Shown here in pieces: positions 1-12,101 of a stretch of 64,000 bases of DNA. Positions within the stretch are counted from its first letter, which is position 1, and the number at the start of each line of letters is the position of its first letter. Under the pieces are notes generated by a model. That model was not told where the DNA came from and did no database searches. It saw only the letters and a list, made by a program, of their open reading frames with translations. This DNA is from Alphaproteobacteria bacterium (GTDB lineage: Bacteria > Pseudomonadota > Alphaproteobacteria > GCA-2746255). The translations under genes were made by a program, and so were the position numbers. The stretch is from contig OZ252220.1 of the NCBI GenBank assembly GCA_965249135.1, positions 1,088,001 to 1,152,000 on the forward strand, given 5' to 3'.

Positions 1-813
1 GGCGTCGTAGCAGTCCGGCGCAACCAGGGTCAGGTGCTGGGGTGTCACCTCGACGCTGGCCAGCTCGCGGGCTTGGCTTAAAAGTTTCATCTCGCCCTGC
101 GTCGTCACATGGAGCACATGGACCTTGCGGCCGGTCTTGCGGGCAAGCTTGAGCAGGCGGCGCGTAGCACAGAGCGCCGTTTCCTCGTCCCGCCAGACGG
201 GATGGAAATGCGGCGTGCCGCCTTCGACGGCAAGGCGATAGCGCGCTTCAAGCCGCGCCTCGTCCTCGCAGTGGGCGGCAAGCCGCCTTGAGGTGGAACG
301 GAGCACGCGTTCGATCGCCGCGTCCTCGGCGACCAGGAGCGTGCCGGTCGAGCTGCCCATGAAAAGCTTGACGCCGGCGACGCCTGGAAGCCGTTCGAGT
401 TCGCCGAGATGCCCGGCGTTCTCCGGGGTTGCGCCGATGAAGAAGGCGATGTCGGTCCAGGCGCGGCCGCGCGCACGCGCCACCTTGCCGGTGAGTTCCG
501 CTTCGCCGGTTGTCGGCGGTTGCGTATTTGGCATGTCGAAGACGGTCGTCACCCCGCCCTTCACGGCGGCCAGCGTCCCGGTGGCGATGTCTTCCTTGTG
601 TTCCATCCCCGGTTCACGGAAATGAACCTGGGCGTCAATCACGCCAGGAAGCACGTAAAGATGGGAGACGTCGATCGAGCGGGCCGGCGCTTCCGGACCC
701 AGCTCGCCGATGGCGGCGATTTTTCCCTCTTTCACACCGATGTCGGCAACCGCCGTGCCCTTCGACGTGACGCAGGTGCCACCGCGCAGCACAAGATCGA
801 AACCGTCTGCCAT
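1..813 (-). CDS. pyrC: Dihydroorotase (3' part runs off the window)
   Basis: Manual translation from ATG at 813: MADGFDLVLRGG...LPGVIDAQVHFREPG...GGVTTVFDMPNT...GVKLFMGSSTG...HVLHVTT...EVTPQHL, the amidohydrolase/DHOase motifs. Confidence 0.9.
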   Translation of the reverse strand, partial: MADGFDLVLRGGTCVTSKGTAVADIGVKEGKIAAIGELGPEAPARSIDVSHLYVLPGVIDAQVHFREPGMEHKEDIATGTLAAVKGGVTTVFDMPNTQPPTTGEAELTGKVARARGRAWTDIAFFIGATPENAGHLGELERLPGVAGVKLFMGSSTGTLLVAEDAAIERVLRSTSRRLAAHCEDEARLEARYRLAVEGGTPHFHPVWRDEETALCATRRLLKLARKTGRKVHVLHVTTQGEMKLLSQARELASVEVTPQHLTLVAPDCYDA

Positions 814-909
814 GATGGACGAAATTCTAGGCCGTCAAGGCGGCACCGCAAGCGCTTTCCATTCGCCACCAAGCTTCAAGGGAAAAGGCTTTGCTAAGTC
901 GCTCGCCGC

Positions 910-2544
910 CTAGATGGCCTCTCTGGCTTCGCCGGTCATCGGAAAATCGGAGGTGGTGAAGCGAACGGTGACGCGCGTGCCTTTTCCCGGCTCGCTTTCG
1001 ACCGTCATCTGGCCGGAAAGAAGCTCGACCAGCCGCTGAGTCAGCGACAGCCCCAATCCGGTTCCCTGGTAACGCCTGGAGAGCGAGGATTCGATCTGCT
1101 CAAAGGGACGAAAGACCTGCCCCAGTTCCTGCTGGGTCATCCCGATCCCGGTATCGGTAACCGTCAGCAGGACGTCGCCGGTGGCGTCGAGGCGGGTGGA
1201 CGCCGTGACCCGCCCGTCTTCCCGCGTGAACTTGATCGCGTTGGAAAGCAGGTTCAGCAGGATCTGCCGCAAGCGGCGCGTGTTGCTCCAGATGTGAGGC
1301 AGATCCTCTTCGACTTCGCTGACAAGCTCGATGCTCTGCCGTCGCGCCGTATCCGACATGAAGCGGACGCTTTCTTCCAACACCTTGGCCGTGTTTACGG
1401 ATTGCCATTCGACTTCGAGCCGTCCGGCTTCCGCCTTGCTGAGATCCAGAATGTCGTTGATCAATGCAAGCAGGTGACGGCCGCATTCATGGAGATCTTC
1501 GAGGTAGTCCCGGATTTTCGGATTTTTGATCGTGCCGATCGTCCCGTCGAGGATAACCTCCGAAAAACCGATGATGGCGTTCAACGGCGTGCGCAATTCG
1601 TGACTCATGTTGGCTAAGAACTGCGACTTCGCCTTGTTCGCCTCTTCGGCTTCGTGCTTGCTGGATCGCAGCGCCTCTTCGTAATTCAGGCGTTCCGTGA
1701 TGTCTTCGCAGGTGTGGACGAACCCGCCGTTCTCGATCGGCTTGTAGAGGACGTGGATGGTCCGGCCGTTATGAAAGGGCAGCGTGAAATCCTGGACGGT
1801 GCCGCCGCCAGTCCCTTTCAGCATGTCGATCAGGTCCGCCTCCGTCATGCCGGGCGGGCGGACACAGCGATCCGCAACTTGCGTCAGAACCTCCCGGATC
1901 GTCGTTCCCGGGTAAATCTCTTCTTCCGAAAGGCCGAACAGTTCCAGGATCTGGTGATTGCAGAAGGCGACGTTCCCGTTCGGGTCGTACATGATGACGC
2001 CGCGCTCCATGTTCTCCAGAACGAGGTCGAGTTGATGGTTGCGTTGTTCAACCGCTGCGGTCTGCACGGCAACCTTCACCTGCAGGTCTAATGTCAGCCC
2101 GTTCAAGGCGCTGCGCATTTTCTCGATGCCGCGGTTCAGCTCGACGATTTCCTTCGGCCCATCGATGTCCAGCACCGGGTCCGCCAGATTGCCTCCATGA
2201 ATGCGCGCCACCGTCTGGCTAAGCTCGCGCAAGGGCCGCACGAGGAAGTAATAGGCGGGGACCTGCAGCAGCAACAAGACGAGGAAAGGAAGCAAACCGA
2301 ACAGAGCGATGTAGTCGAGCGCCACCTCCAAATCCCCTTGCCAATCGCCAAAGGGGCCCGGCGAGGACAGGGTGGCTATGAGCCGGTGGTCCCCTACGGC
2401 AATGAAGTATTCGTATCCAAGGTGAAGGCCGAAGATGCCGAGCAGCGTTACGGCGACGATCAGGTTCACGAGAACCATGACCCTGAGCGACGGCAAGGCG
2501 AGTAACCAGCGAAGGGTGAAGGAACAGCGCATCCTTATCCTCAC
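910..2544 (-). CDS. Membrane sensor histidine kinase (TM-HAMP-PAS-HisKA-HATPase)
   Basis: H-box FLANMSHELRTPLNAIIGFSE, N-box QILLNLLSNAIKFT, G boxes DTGIGM and GTGLGL. Confidence 0.92.
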   Translation of the reverse strand: MRIRMRCSFTLRWLLALPSLRVMVLVNLIVAVTLLGIFGLHLGYEYFIAVGDHRLIATLSSPGPFGDWQGDLEVALDYIALFGLLPFLVLLLLQVPAYYFLVRPLRELSQTVARIHGGNLADPVLDIDGPKEIVELNRGIEKMRSALNGLTLDLQVKVAVQTAAVEQRNHQLDLVLENMERGVIMYDPNGNVAFCNHQILELFGLSEEEIYPGTTIREVLTQVADRCVRPPGMTEADLIDMLKGTGGGTVQDFTLPFHNGRTIHVLYKPIENGGFVHTCEDITERLNYEEALRSSKHEAEEANKAKSQFLANMSHELRTPLNAIIGFSEVILDGTIGTIKNPKIRDYLEDLHECGRHLLALINDILDLSKAEAGRLEVEWQSVNTAKVLEESVRFMSDTARRQSIELVSEVEEDLPHIWSNTRRLRQILLNLLSNAIKFTREDGRVTASTRLDATGDVLLTVTDTGIGMTQQELGQVFRPFEQIESSLSRRYQGTGLGLSLTQRLVELLSGQMTVESEPGKGTRVTVRFTTSDFPMTGEAREAI

Positions 2545-2708
2545 GGTTCCCCCCGGCCGAGAAGAGCCTCTTAAAGGGGCGGATGCGACGCGAGACGGTC
2601 ACGCACGGCCACGCAATGTCCCTATCTCACGTCCAGCCCCATCCCGGCGCAGGAGCAAGCGCCCATTCTTAAGCGAAGAAACTTAATTTTCCCTGAAGCG
2701 GGAAGGGC

Positions 2709-4466
2709 TTAAAGGCCAAGCGTTTCAAAGACATCGCCGCCGGGCGGGCGCCCTTCGATGTGGCGCACGTGCCAAAGCGCATAGAAGAGAAGGCGCCAGG
2801 CGGCAAAGCCCGCATGCTTGCCGGGCTTGCGGAAAAGCGCCTCGACGGCGCCGGGCACGCAGATCTCCTTTACCGCCGGCTGGCGCGCGACGAGGGGACC
2901 GAGCGCCGCCCCCTTCCTGGAAATCCACTCCTGGACGGGAACCGTGAAGCCGCGCTTCTTGGAAAACGGTTTCGACGCCGGCAGTTTCCCGGAAAGCCAT
3001 TTCCGAAGCGCCCATTTGCCCAAACCGCCCCGAACCTTCAACCGATCCGGCAGACGAAAGGCGATGCGCGCCACCTCGCGATCGAGGAAGGGCGTGCGTC
3101 CCTCGACGCCATAGGCCATCAGGCAGCGATCGAGCTTGGTGAGCAAATCGTGGGGCAGCCAGTCCGCACAATCTGTGGCCTGGGCGATCTGCAGCCGCGT
3201 GCGGTCCGGCCTGGCGCTTGCCGCCTCGGCGGCCACGATGCCCTCTCGCCAGCCGACAGGCGGCGTTCGAAGAACGCCCAAACGATCGAAGATGCCGCGC
3301 GTTCGCAGCCTTCTGCCGCCAAGCCAAGGGGGACGCATGGCGCTCCGGTAGCGGCCATAGCCGCCGAAGATCTCATCGCCGCCCTCGCCCGAGAGCACCA
3401 CCTTCAGGCCGCGGCTTGCCTCGCGGGCGAGCTTCCAGGTCGGCAGGATCGCGTAGTCCGCCACCGGGTCGTCCATGGCGCCCACGATTTCCGGAAGGTG
3501 TCGCCAGAAATCGTCTTCCGTGAATTCGACCTCGACATGCTCGGCGCCGACCGTCTCGGCCAGCATCTTCGCATGGGCGCGCTCGTCCCGGGCAGCGGTA
3601 CCGGGGAAGCCGGCCGTAAACGCGGCGACGGGCCGCACATTCTGCTCCGCCATGAGGGCGAGGAGCGCAGACGAATCGATGCCGCCGGAGAAGAAGAGCC
3701 CGTAGGGAACGTCGGAACGCTGGTGGACGCGCACGCTGTCGGCGAGCGCGGCGTCGAGCCGGGCGAAGGTTTCCGTATCGTCGAACCCATCCGGCGCGCC
3801 TTCCGGCAGGGCGGCCAAGCGCTCGCGGTGGGTGATGCGTCCTTGCTCTACGACGAGGACTTCCCCCGGCAGCGCGCGGAAGATGCCTTCGAAGATGGTC
3901 GCCCGCCCGGTCGTGAACTGAAGCTGGAGAAGCTCGTTCCGACTTTGGGTGCGCAAGCAGGCCTCGACGAGGCCCGCCTTGATCAGGGCCTGGGGTTCCG
4001 ACGCGAAGACGAAACCGGCCCCGGTTTCCGCATAGTAGAGGGGCTTGATCCCGAAGGGGTCCCGGGCGAGCACGAGGCGCATCGCCTTCGGATCGTAAAG
4101 CGCCAGCCCATACATGCCGCGCAGGCGTTCGGTGAACTTGAGCCCGGCTTGCCCATAGAGGTGAAGGGGTAGCTCGCAATCGGAGCGCGTGCGGAAGGGG
4201 TGATCGGCAAGGGAGGTGCGAAGTTCGACGTAGTTGTAAATCTCGCCATTGGCGACGAGCACGGTGCCGTCGGGAGCGTTAAGCGGCTGGTCCCCGGTCT
4301 CGAGGTCGATGATGGCAAGGCGCGTATGGATAAGCCCGGTCGCGCCTTTCACGTAAGTCCCCCGGCCATCCGGCCCGCGATGGCCGAGCGCACGGCTAAG
4401 CGCTTCCAGTTGCGAGGCCGATGGTGGCCCGCCCGCGACGGTCATGATGCCGGCGATGCCGCACAT
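2709..4466 (-). CDS. asnB: Asparagine synthase (glutamine-hydrolysing) family amidotransferase
   Basis: N-terminal MCGIAG, HRGPD, RLAIID, ARDPFGIKPLYY, SGGIDSS, SGEGGDE. Confidence 0.93.
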   Translation of the reverse strand: MCGIAGIMTVAGGPPSASQLEALSRALGHRGPDGRGTYVKGATGLIHTRLAIIDLETGDQPLNAPDGTVLVANGEIYNYVELRTSLADHPFRTRSDCELPLHLYGQAGLKFTERLRGMYGLALYDPKAMRLVLARDPFGIKPLYYAETGAGFVFASEPQALIKAGLVEACLRTQSRNELLQLQFTTGRATIFEGIFRALPGEVLVVEQGRITHRERLAALPEGAPDGFDDTETFARLDAALADSVRVHQRSDVPYGLFFSGGIDSSALLALMAEQNVRPVAAFTAGFPGTAARDERAHAKMLAETVGAEHVEVEFTEDDFWRHLPEIVGAMDDPVADYAILPTWKLAREASRGLKVVLSGEGGDEIFGGYGRYRSAMRPPWLGGRRLRTRGIFDRLGVLRTPPVGWREGIVAAEAASARPDRTRLQIAQATDCADWLPHDLLTKLDRCLMAYGVEGRTPFLDREVARIAFRLPDRLKVRGGLGKWALRKWLSGKLPASKPFSKKRGFTVPVQEWISRKGAALGPLVARQPAVKEICVPGAVEALFRKPGKHAGFAAWRLLFYALWHVRHIEGRPPGGDVFETLGL

Positions 4467-5491
4467 CAGCCCTTGATCCGTTCGAAGAAGTCGAGGTAGC
4501 GGCGAACGACGGCTTTTTCAGTGAAATTCCCATCGAAGGTCGCGCTTCCATTGGCGACCAGGGCGGCGGCGAGGCTCGGATCGCCGAGCACCCGGTTGAT
4601 GGCGCGTGCCAGCGCATCCGCATCCTCGATGGGGACGAGCAGCGCGTCTTTTCCGTCCGCAATCACGCCGGCCGGCCCGGCGCTGGCCGCCGCCACCAGC
4701 GGCGTCCCGTAGGCCCATGCCTCCAGCGTCACCGTGCCGAAGGGCTCATAGCGCGACGGGAAGATGGCGACGTCGGCGGCGGCGAAAAGCGCCGCCTTGT
4801 CCTCGCGCCAGCCCAGGAACCGGACCCGGGACGCGACACCCAAGCTTTCGGCGAGCGCCTCAAGCTCGGCCCTGGAAGGCCCCTCGCCGGCGAGCCACAG
4901 ATAGGCGCCGGGGATTTGTGCAAGCGCCTTAAGCAAAACGTCGAAGCCCTTCGCCGGATGCAGGCGGCCTAAGGAAAAGAGCAGCGGCGCGTGTTTGGGC
5001 GTCGAAAGGGAGCCCCGCGGCACCGGCGGGGCGGCTTCGGCGTTCGCGAAGTTCGGCAAATAGATCGCGCGTTCGCGCGGCCAGCCGCCTTTGACCATGT
5101 GCTCGACGATGTCCGGCGTGATGCCGATCAGCCAGTCGCAGGTCTTATAGTATTTGAGGTCGTAGTAGCCGCCCAGGCGACCCGCACGAATGTAAGCACC
5201 CTTCGAACAGCGGATGGAGGCGCGGTTCATCCAGCTGAGCACGATGTCGGCCTTGAAGTCCTCGGCCGCGCGCTTCAGCGCCCGGCCGGTGCGAAGATCG
5301 AAGCGGCCGCCGAAGGGAAGCTCGAGGGGCGCGATGCCGCCTTTCTCGAGACGGGCGCGACGAAGGGCGTTGGGGCGCATGACGACAAGCTGTTCGAGAC
5401 CCGCATCATGAAGGGCCAGCACGAGGGAGACGAAGAAGGTCTCGGCGCCGCCATGTTCGGCACCGGCGATGCACTGGAGGACGCGGGTCAT
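4466..5491 (-). CDS. Glycosyltransferase family 4 (GT-B)
   Basis: Start MTRVLQCIAGAEHGGAE; GRLHPAKGFD and PSRYEPFGTVTLEAWAYG motifs; stop abuts asnB start. Confidence 0.88.
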   Translation of the reverse strand: MTRVLQCIAGAEHGGAETFFVSLVLALHDAGLEQLVVMRPNALRRARLEKGGIAPLELPFGGRFDLRTGRALKRAAEDFKADIVLSWMNRASIRCSKGAYIRAGRLGGYYDLKYYKTCDWLIGITPDIVEHMVKGGWPRERAIYLPNFANAEAAPPVPRGSLSTPKHAPLLFSLGRLHPAKGFDVLLKALAQIPGAYLWLAGEGPSRAELEALAESLGVASRVRFLGWREDKAALFAAADVAIFPSRYEPFGTVTLEAWAYGTPLVAAASAGPAGVIADGKDALLVPIEDADALARAINRVLGDPSLAAALVANGSATFDGNFTEKAVVRRYLDFFERIKG

Positions 5492-5585
5492 TGGGAATTT
5501 ATAGGCAGCCCCCCACCCCTTGCCAAGCGATCCCACTTGAAGGCAGGTTAGGCGCGTGACCTTAAAGCTTGGAGATCCGCCGACG

Positions 5586-6461
5586 ATGCCCCCTTCCCTC
5601 GCTCTGCTCGAAGACCGCGGCGTGCTCGAGATCAAGGGCGAAGACAGCCGCGACTTCCTGCAAAACCTGATCTCGGCGGACGTCGACAAGGCAGGCGCCA
5701 AGCGGGCCCTTTACGGCGCGCTGCTGACGCCCCAGGGCAAATATTTGTTTGATTTCTTCGTGCTGCGCTTGGGCGATGCGTTTTATCTGGAGAGCGAGAA
5801 GGCGCGGTTGAGCCAACTTGCGAAGCGGCTTTTGCTTTACAAGCTGCGCGCAAAAATCTCGATCGCGGACGTGACGGAGGCCTTTCGCGTCTTCGCCTTG
5901 TTCGGGGAAGGCGTATTTAAGAAGTGCAAGCTCGAAGAAACGGAAGGCGCGGCGCGCGAATTCGATGGCGGCCTTCTTTATGTCGACCCGAGAACGCGTG
6001 CTGCCGGCGTGCGCGCCTTCCTGCCTCTTGACGCCACGCTCGACGTCGCCGGTTTCGCGGAGGCGGGGACGGAAGATTACGATCGCTTCCGCATGCGCCT
6101 TGGCCTTCCCGATGGCAGCCGGGACTTGACGCCGGAGAAGTCCGTGCTTCTCGACTATGGCTTCGACGAGCTTAACGGCATCGACTGGGAGAAGGGCTGC
6201 TATGTCGGCCAGGAAGTGACGGCCCGCATGAAGCACCGGGGCTTGAGCCGGAAACGCCTGTTTCCGGTGACGCTTAAAGGCGCGCCGCCCGCGCCTGGCA
6301 CGTTGGTGCGGATGGGCGAACGCGAGGTCGGCACGCTTACCTCGGTCATAGGGGAAATCGGGCTGGCGCTTCTTAATCTTGACGCGGTTGCGGCCGGGGA
6401 AGGTTTAAAGGCAGGCGAGGCAAGCCTCACCCCATTCCGGCCGGAATGGATGGTACCTTAA
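5586..6461 (+). CDS. ygfZ: Folate-binding Fe-S cluster repair protein YgfZ/Iba57
   Basis: Signature KGCYVGQEVTAR; LLTPQGKYLFDF. Confidence 0.93.
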   Translation: MPPSLALLEDRGVLEIKGEDSRDFLQNLISADVDKAGAKRALYGALLTPQGKYLFDFFVLRLGDAFYLESEKARLSQLAKRLLLYKLRAKISIADVTEAFRVFALFGEGVFKKCKLEETEGAAREFDGGLLYVDPRTRAAGVRAFLPLDATLDVAGFAEAGTEDYDRFRMRLGLPDGSRDLTPEKSVLLDYGFDELNGIDWEKGCYVGQEVTARMKHRGLSRKRLFPVTLKGAPPAPGTLVRMGEREVGTLTSVIGEIGLALLNLDAVAAGEGLKAGEASLTPFRPEWMVP

Positions 6462-9139
6462 GATTCTTTGAGGGCGGCGTGGGCGGCAGCCAGCCTTGCG
6501 ATCGGCACCCGGTAGGGCGAGCAGGAAACGTAGTCGAGGCCGATCGCCTCGCAAAACGCGATCGAGGCCGGGTCGCCCCCATGTTCGCCGCAGATGCCTA
6601 AGTGAAGATCGCCGCGCGCGGCCCGGCCCCGCTCGGCGGCCATGCGCATCAACTCGCCGACGCCGTCGATATCGAGGGTTGCGAACGGATCCTTGGCGAA
6701 GAGTTCCTTCTCCAGATAGGTCTTCAGAAACCCGCCGACGTCGTCGCGTGAGATGCCGAAGGTCGTCTGGGTGAGGTCGTTCGTGCCGAAGCTGAAGAAT
6801 TCGGCCGACTTTGCGATCTCGCCGGCCCTTAAAGCCGCCCGCGGCAGCTCGATCATCGTGCCAACCCGATAGGCGGGCTTCTCCCCCTTCGTCACGGCGA
6901 TCTCGTGCGCGATGCGGTCGACGGTTTCCTTCAGGAAGTCGAACTCTTCGCGGGAGGCTACCAGCGGGATCATGATTTCCGGCACGACGGTTTCGCCGGT
7001 TTCCTCGGCGAGCACGATCACCGCCTCGAAGATCGCCCGGGCCTGCATCTCGTAGATCTCCGGGTAGGCGATGCCCAACCGGCAGCCGCGATGGCCGAGC
7101 ATCGGGTTTATTTCATGAAGTTGTTCGGCCCTAGCCCGGACGTCGTCGCCGTCCACGCCCAGATGTTGAGCCAGCTCACTCATCTCGGCGTCGGTCTTGG
7201 GGAGGAACTCGTGAAGCGGCGGGTCGAGAAGACGAATGGTTACCGGGAAGCCCGCCATGACCCGGAAAATCTCGACGAAGTCGTTCCGCTGCATGGGCAG
7301 GATCTTCGCCAGTGCTGCGCGGCGCGCCGTGCTCGTCTCGGCAAGGATCATCTCGCGCATGGCGAGAATGCGCGTGCCATCGAAGAACATGTGCTCGGTC
7401 CGGCAAAGGCCGATCCCTTCCGCGCCGAACCGGCGGGCGACGATGGCGTCGGCCGGCGTGTCCGCGTTGGCGCGCACGCCGAGCCGGCGTACCCGGTCCG
7501 CCCAATCCATGACGATGGCGAAATCGCCGGAAAGTTCGGGTTGCAGCATGGGGATCGCGCCTGCCAGCACGTGTCCCTTCGCCCCATCGATGGTGAGGAT
7601 ATCGCCGCGCTTAAAGACGCGATCGCCAATCCGCATTTCGCCGGCCTCCTCGATGATGCGGATGTCGCCGGCGCCGGAAACGCAAGGCCGTCCCATGCCG
7701 CGGGCGACGACGGCGGCATGGCTGGTGAGCCCGCCGCGGGTCGTCAGAATGCCGGCGGCGACGTGCATGCCGTGGATGTCCTCCGGGCTGGTCTCGGTGC
7801 GCACCAGGATGACCGACTTGTCGCGGGCCGCTTCAAACTCGGCCTCGGCGGCCGTGAAGGCGATCTGGCCGACCGCAGCACCCGGCGAGGCAGGCAGGCC
7901 GGTGGCCACCACCACCTGTTCGGCGTTCGGGTCCAGCGTCGGATGCAAAAGCTGATCGAGAGCGGCCGGATCGACCCTTCGGATCGCCTCTTGGTGGGTG
8001 ATCAGCCCCTCCTCCGTCATGTCGACGGCGATCTTCAACGCGGCCGGCATCGTCCGCTTGCCGGTGCGGGTCTGCAGCATCCAGAGCTTCCTCTTCTGCA
8101 CCGTGAATTCGATGTCCTGCATGTCGCGGAAGTGGGATTCAAGCCGGGTGCGGATGGTGCAGAGTTCCGCATAAACGTCGGGAAGCGTTGTCTCCAGCGA
8201 CGGCAACGTGGCGCCGGTCTGCGAGGCTGCGCGTTCCGTAAGCGGTTGCGGCGTGCGGATGCCGGCCACGACGTCCTCGCCCTGGGCGTTCAAGAGAAAC
8301 TCGCCGTAAAAGTCCTTCGCACCGGTCGCCGGATTGCGGGTAAAGGCGACCCCGGTCGCACAATCCTCGCCCATGTTGCCGAACACCATCGCTTGGACGT
8401 TGATCGCCGTGCCGGAGCCTTCCGGAATGTCGTGAATGTGGCGGTAGGTGATGGCGCGCTTGTTCATCCAACTGTCGAAGACGGCGCCGATGGCCCCCCA
8501 AAGCTGGGCCTTGGGGTCTTGGGGAAAGGGAGCGCCGTGTTCGGTGACGATGCGTTCCTTGAAGCTGCGGGCGACGGTCTCCCAATCCTCAGGCCCAAGC
8601 TCCGTATCGAGGGTGAGCTCGCGCTCTTCCTTATAGAGTTCGAGAATTTCCTCGAACCGATAATGGGGCACGCCCAGCACGACATCCCCATACATCTGGA
8701 GGAAACGCCGGTAGCTGTCCCAGGCGAAGCGGCGATCGCCGCTAAGGCGTGCCAGCCGCTCGACGGTTTCGTCATTGAGTCCGATGTTCAGAACCGTGTC
8801 CATCATGCCGGGCATTGAGGCGCTGGCACCGGAGCGGACGGAAAGAAGCAGCGGTTTTTTCCGGTTGCCGAATTTCGCGCGAGCGATCTTCTCGACACGG
8901 GTGAGCGCCTTTTCCACTTCCTTGGCAAGCGTTTCGGGATAGGCGTGCTCGTTCGCGTAGTAGTGGACGCAAACCTCCGTCGAGATCGTGAAGCCGGGCG
9001 GAACGGGAAGGCCCAGATTGCTCATCTCGGCGAGGTTCGCCCCCTTGCCGCCGAGCAGATCCTTGAGGTCGGCATTCCCGTCGGCACGCCCGCCGCCGAA
9101 GCCGTAGACCCATCGCGCCTTCGATTGCCTTAGCCTCAT
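6458..9139 (-). CDS. ppdK: Pyruvate, phosphate dikinase
   Basis: [25 protein letters not shown] (phospho-His), [19 protein letters not shown]. Confidence 0.97.
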   Translation of the reverse strand: MRLRQSKARWVYGFGGGRADGNADLKDLLGGKGANLAEMSNLGLPVPPGFTISTEVCVHYYANEHAYPETLAKEVEKALTRVEKIARAKFGNRKKPLLLSVRSGASASMPGMMDTVLNIGLNDETVERLARLSGDRRFAWDSYRRFLQMYGDVVLGVPHYRFEEILELYKEERELTLDTELGPEDWETVARSFKERIVTEHGAPFPQDPKAQLWGAIGAVFDSWMNKRAITYRHIHDIPEGSGTAINVQAMVFGNMGEDCATGVAFTRNPATGAKDFYGEFLLNAQGEDVVAGIRTPQPLTERAASQTGATLPSLETTLPDVYAELCTIRTRLESHFRDMQDIEFTVQKRKLWMLQTRTGKRTMPAALKIAVDMTEEGLITHQEAIRRVDPAALDQLLHPTLDPNAEQVVVATGLPASPGAAVGQIAFTAAEAEFEAARDKSVILVRTETSPEDIHGMHVAAGILTTRGGLTSHAAVVARGMGRPCVSGAGDIRIIEEAGEMRIGDRVFKRGDILTIDGAKGHVLAGAIPMLQPELSGDFAIVMDWADRVRRLGVRANADTPADAIVARRFGAEGIGLCRTEHMFFDGTRILAMREMILAETSTARRAALAKILPMQRNDFVEIFRVMAGFPVTIRLLDPPLHEFLPKTDAEMSELAQHLGVDGDDVRARAEQLHEINPMLGHRGCRLGIAYPEIYEMQARAIFEAVIVLAEETGETVVPEIMIPLVASREEFDFLKETVDRIAHEIAVTKGEKPAYRVGTMIELPRAALRAGEIAKSAEFFSFGTNDLTQTTFGISRDDVGGFLKTYLEKELFAKDPFATLDIDGVGELMRMAAERGRAARGDLHLGICGEHGGDPASIAFCEAIGLDYVSCSPYRVPIARLAAAHAALKES

Positions 9140-11217
9140 CCCTCGATCTTCGAAAAGTCGGCGACGGTTTCCAGCGTGCGCCGGATGTCGGCAAGCAGGT
9201 GAAGGCGGTTTAAGCGCAAATCCTTGTCCTCGGTGTTGACGGTCACGTGATCGAAGAAGGCGTCGACCGGCACCCGGAGGCGGGCGAGCGCCGACATGGC
9301 CACCGTGAATTCCTCGTTTTTGAGCGCCGCATCGGCAAGCGTTCGCACCTCCTTGAGGCGCGTCTGAAGCGCCTGCTCCTCCGCCTCGCGCAGGGCTGCT
9401 TCCGTCACGGCGCCGTCATAGGTGGTGGCGTCGTTCTTCTCTTCGATACGAACGATGTTGCGGGCGCGCCGGTAGGCGACGAGCAGGTTCGCACCGTCCT
9501 CGCTTTCCAGAAAGTCGCGCAATGCTTCGACCCGTTCCAGCAGGCGCACGAGGTCGTCGTCTGCCGTCAACGCAAAGACGGCGCCGATGTGATCGTGCCG
9601 CACCCCTTTCTCGCGCAGGTGCACCTTCAGACGATCGGCGAAGAAGTCGAGAAGTTCGTTTGCGATCCGCTCGTCCGCGCGCTCGCCGAGCCCGCCCTTC
9701 ACGTCTTCCGGCTGCAGCCGGGCGGCCGTGCGGAAGATGGAACGCAAGGGAAGGCGCAACCCATTTTCCAGGATCAGGCGAATGACGCCGAGCGCGGCGC
9801 GGCGAAGCGCGAAGGGATCCTTCGAGCCGGTCGGCCTTTCTTCGATGGCGAAGAAACCGACGAGCTGGTCGATCTTGTCGGCCAGCGCCAGCGCCACGCT
9901 CACCGGCCCAGTCGGGCAGACGTCGTTTGGACCCTGGGGCGCGTAGTGCTCGGCGATCGCGTCCGCCACTTCCGGCGGCTCACCGCCGGCCAGCGCATAG
10001 TAGCGACCCATCACACCCTGCAGTTCGGGAAACTCGTGCACCATGTCGGAAAGGAGATCGCATTTCGCCAATTGGCCGGCGCGACGGGCAAGCCCCGCCG
10101 AAGCCCCTATTTGCAGGGCCAAGTGATCCGCCAGCTCCTGCAGACGAAAGGCGCGATCCGCCAGCGAGCCGAGACCCGCATGGAAGATCATCGCGTGAAG
10201 ACCGGGGAACCAGTCGACGAGCTTCGCCCGGCGGTCCTGATCCCAGAAGAACTTCGCATCCGCGAGACGGGCGCGAAGGACGCGTTCGTTCCCGGCGATG
10301 ATTTCCTTGCCCCCATCCGACGTCTGCATGTTCGAAACCACGATGAAGCGCGGCGCGAGCTTGCCGTCCCTGTCGATCAGGGAGAAGTATTTCTGATGCG
10401 TCCGCATCGCCGTCGTCAGCACCTCAGGTGGCAGCTCCATGAATTTCGGATCGATGTCGCCGAGCAGGACGACCGGCCATTCGACGAGGCCGGCGACTTC
10501 CTCGAGTAGGCCGCCGGCCTCGCTTAAGCGAAGGCCTTCGTTCTTGGCAATGAGCGTCGCATCGGCGGCAATCGCCTCGCGGCGCTCTTCCCTGTCCAGC
10601 ATGACGTAGGCGCCGCGCAGGCGCTCGCGGTAGTCGCCAAAGCCCTTCACCTTGAAGGGCTTGGGGGCCAGGAAGCGATGGCCCGCCGTCCGGTCGGAAG
10701 CCTGGACCGCGCCGAACGCGACCGGCACGACCTTGCCGTCGAACAGGCAGAGGATACTGTGCAGGGGGCGTACCCAGCGCAGTTTGCCCGCACCCCAGCG
10801 CATTGATTTGGGCCACGGAAACTGGGGGAAGACCTCGGGCAAAAGGGATGCCAGCAGCTTGGCCGTCGGCTGGCCCTTCCGTTCGACCTTCGCAAAATAG
10901 AATTCGCCCTTTTCCGTCTCGCGACGCTCGCAGGCATCAAGGGAAAGGCTGAGATCCGCCAGGAATCCCTCGATCGCGGTCTGGGGTGCGTCCACCCGGG
11001 GGCCTTTGCGTTCTTCAACGACGTCCGCCTGGGTCTTTGGCAAACCTTCGACGACGAGCGCAAGGCGCCTCGGCGTCGCGTAGGCTTGGAGATGGTCGAA
11101 GGGAAGCTGGGCCGCCTTCAGTTTCTCGAACACGATGCGTTCAAGATCACCCATCGCGCGCGCCTGCATGCGGGCCGGGATTTCTTCCGATAAGAGCTCG
11201 AGCAGGAGTTCCGCCAT
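9136..11217 (-). CDS. glyS: Glycine-tRNA ligase beta subunit
   Basis: [50 protein letters not shown]. Confidence 0.96.
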   Translation of the reverse strand: MAELLLELLSEEIPARMQARAMGDLERIVFEKLKAAQLPFDHLQAYATPRRLALVVEGLPKTQADVVEERKGPRVDAPQTAIEGFLADLSLSLDACERRETEKGEFYFAKVERKGQPTAKLLASLLPEVFPQFPWPKSMRWGAGKLRWVRPLHSILCLFDGKVVPVAFGAVQASDRTAGHRFLAPKPFKVKGFGDYRERLRGAYVMLDREERREAIAADATLIAKNEGLRLSEAGGLLEEVAGLVEWPVVLLGDIDPKFMELPPEVLTTAMRTHQKYFSLIDRDGKLAPRFIVVSNMQTSDGGKEIIAGNERVLRARLADAKFFWDQDRRAKLVDWFPGLHAMIFHAGLGSLADRAFRLQELADHLALQIGASAGLARRAGQLAKCDLLSDMVHEFPELQGVMGRYYALAGGEPPEVADAIAEHYAPQGPNDVCPTGPVSVALALADKIDQLVGFFAIEERPTGSKDPFALRRAALGVIRLILENGLRLPLRSIFRTAARLQPEDVKGGLGERADERIANELLDFFADRLKVHLREKGVRHDHIGAVFALTADDDLVRLLERVEALRDFLESEDGANLLVAYRRARNIVRIEEKNDATTYDGAVTEAALREAEEQALQTRLKEVRTLADAALKNEEFTVAMSALARLRVPVDAFFDHVTVNTEDKDLRLNRLHLLADIRRTLETVADFSKIEG

Positions 11218-11219
11218 CG

Positions 11220-12098
11220 TCAGCCGCCGCCCGTCTCGCTTGCCAGCCACGCCTCGCAGCACCCCTTGGCAAGCGCACGCACGCGGGCGATATAGGCGGC
11301 GCGCTCCGTCACGCTGACGACGCCGCGCGCATCCAGCAGGTTGAAGAGGTGGCTTGCCTTGATGCACTGGTCATAGGCCGGAAGCGCGAGATGCTTCTTC
11401 AACAGGTCCTCGCATTCGGCTTCGACATCGGCGAACTGCCGCAACAGGCGTTCCGTATTCGCATGCTCGAAGTTGTAAGCCGAATATTCGCGTTCGCTCG
11501 TAAGAAAGACGTCGCCATAGGTGACGCCTTCCTCGCCGGACTTTCCGTTCCAGTCGAGGTCGAAGACGTTCTCGACTTCTTGTACGTACATGGCGAGCCG
11601 CTCGATGCCATAGGTGAGTTCCGCCGACACCGGATCGCATTCGATGCCGCCCAGCTGCTGGAAATAGGTGAACTGGGTTATCTCCATGCCGTCGCACCAC
11701 ACCTCCCAGCCGAGCCCCCAGGCGCCGAGCGTCGGGCTTTCCCAGTCGTCCTCCACGAAGCGAATGTCGTGGAGCATCGGGTCGATGCCCAGATGCTTGA
11801 GGCTACGCAGGTAGACGTCCTGTACGTCGTCGGGCGAGGGTTTTAGGATGACCTGGAACTGGTAGTAGTGCTGCAGGCGATTCGGGTTCTCGCCATAGCG
11901 CCCGTCCTTGGGCCGGCGGGAGGGCTGGACGTAAGCGGCGCGCCATGGCTTCGGCCCAAGCGCGCGCAGCGTCGTCGCCGGGTGAAAGGTGCCCGCGCCG
12001 ACCTCCATGTCGTAGGGCTGGAGCAGCACGCAGCCCTCGTCGGCCCAGAAGGTCTGGAGCCTTAGGATAAGGTCCTGAAAGGAGGGAGGGTTCACCAT
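11220..12098 (-). CDS. glyQ: Glycine-tRNA ligase alpha subunit
   Basis: [40 protein letters not shown]. Confidence 0.97.
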   Translation of the reverse strand: MVNPPSFQDLILRLQTFWADEGCVLLQPYDMEVGAGTFHPATTLRALGPKPWRAAYVQPSRRPKDGRYGENPNRLQHYYQFQVILKPSPDDVQDVYLRSLKHLGIDPMLHDIRFVEDDWESPTLGAWGLGWEVWCDGMEITQFTYFQQLGGIECDPVSAELTYGIERLAMYVQEVENVFDLDWNGKSGEEGVTYGDVFLTSEREYSAYNFEHANTERLLRQFADVEAECEDLLKKHLALPAYDQCIKASHLFNLLDARGVVSVTERAAYIARVRALAKGCCEAWLASETGGG

Positions 12099-12101
12099 CG
12101 C

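Noticed and set aside
6905-8818. Long antisense ORFs (637 aa here; also 2760-4172, 9247-10509, 40667-42475)
   Set aside because: They lie opposite well-supported genes and are expected in high-GC coding DNA
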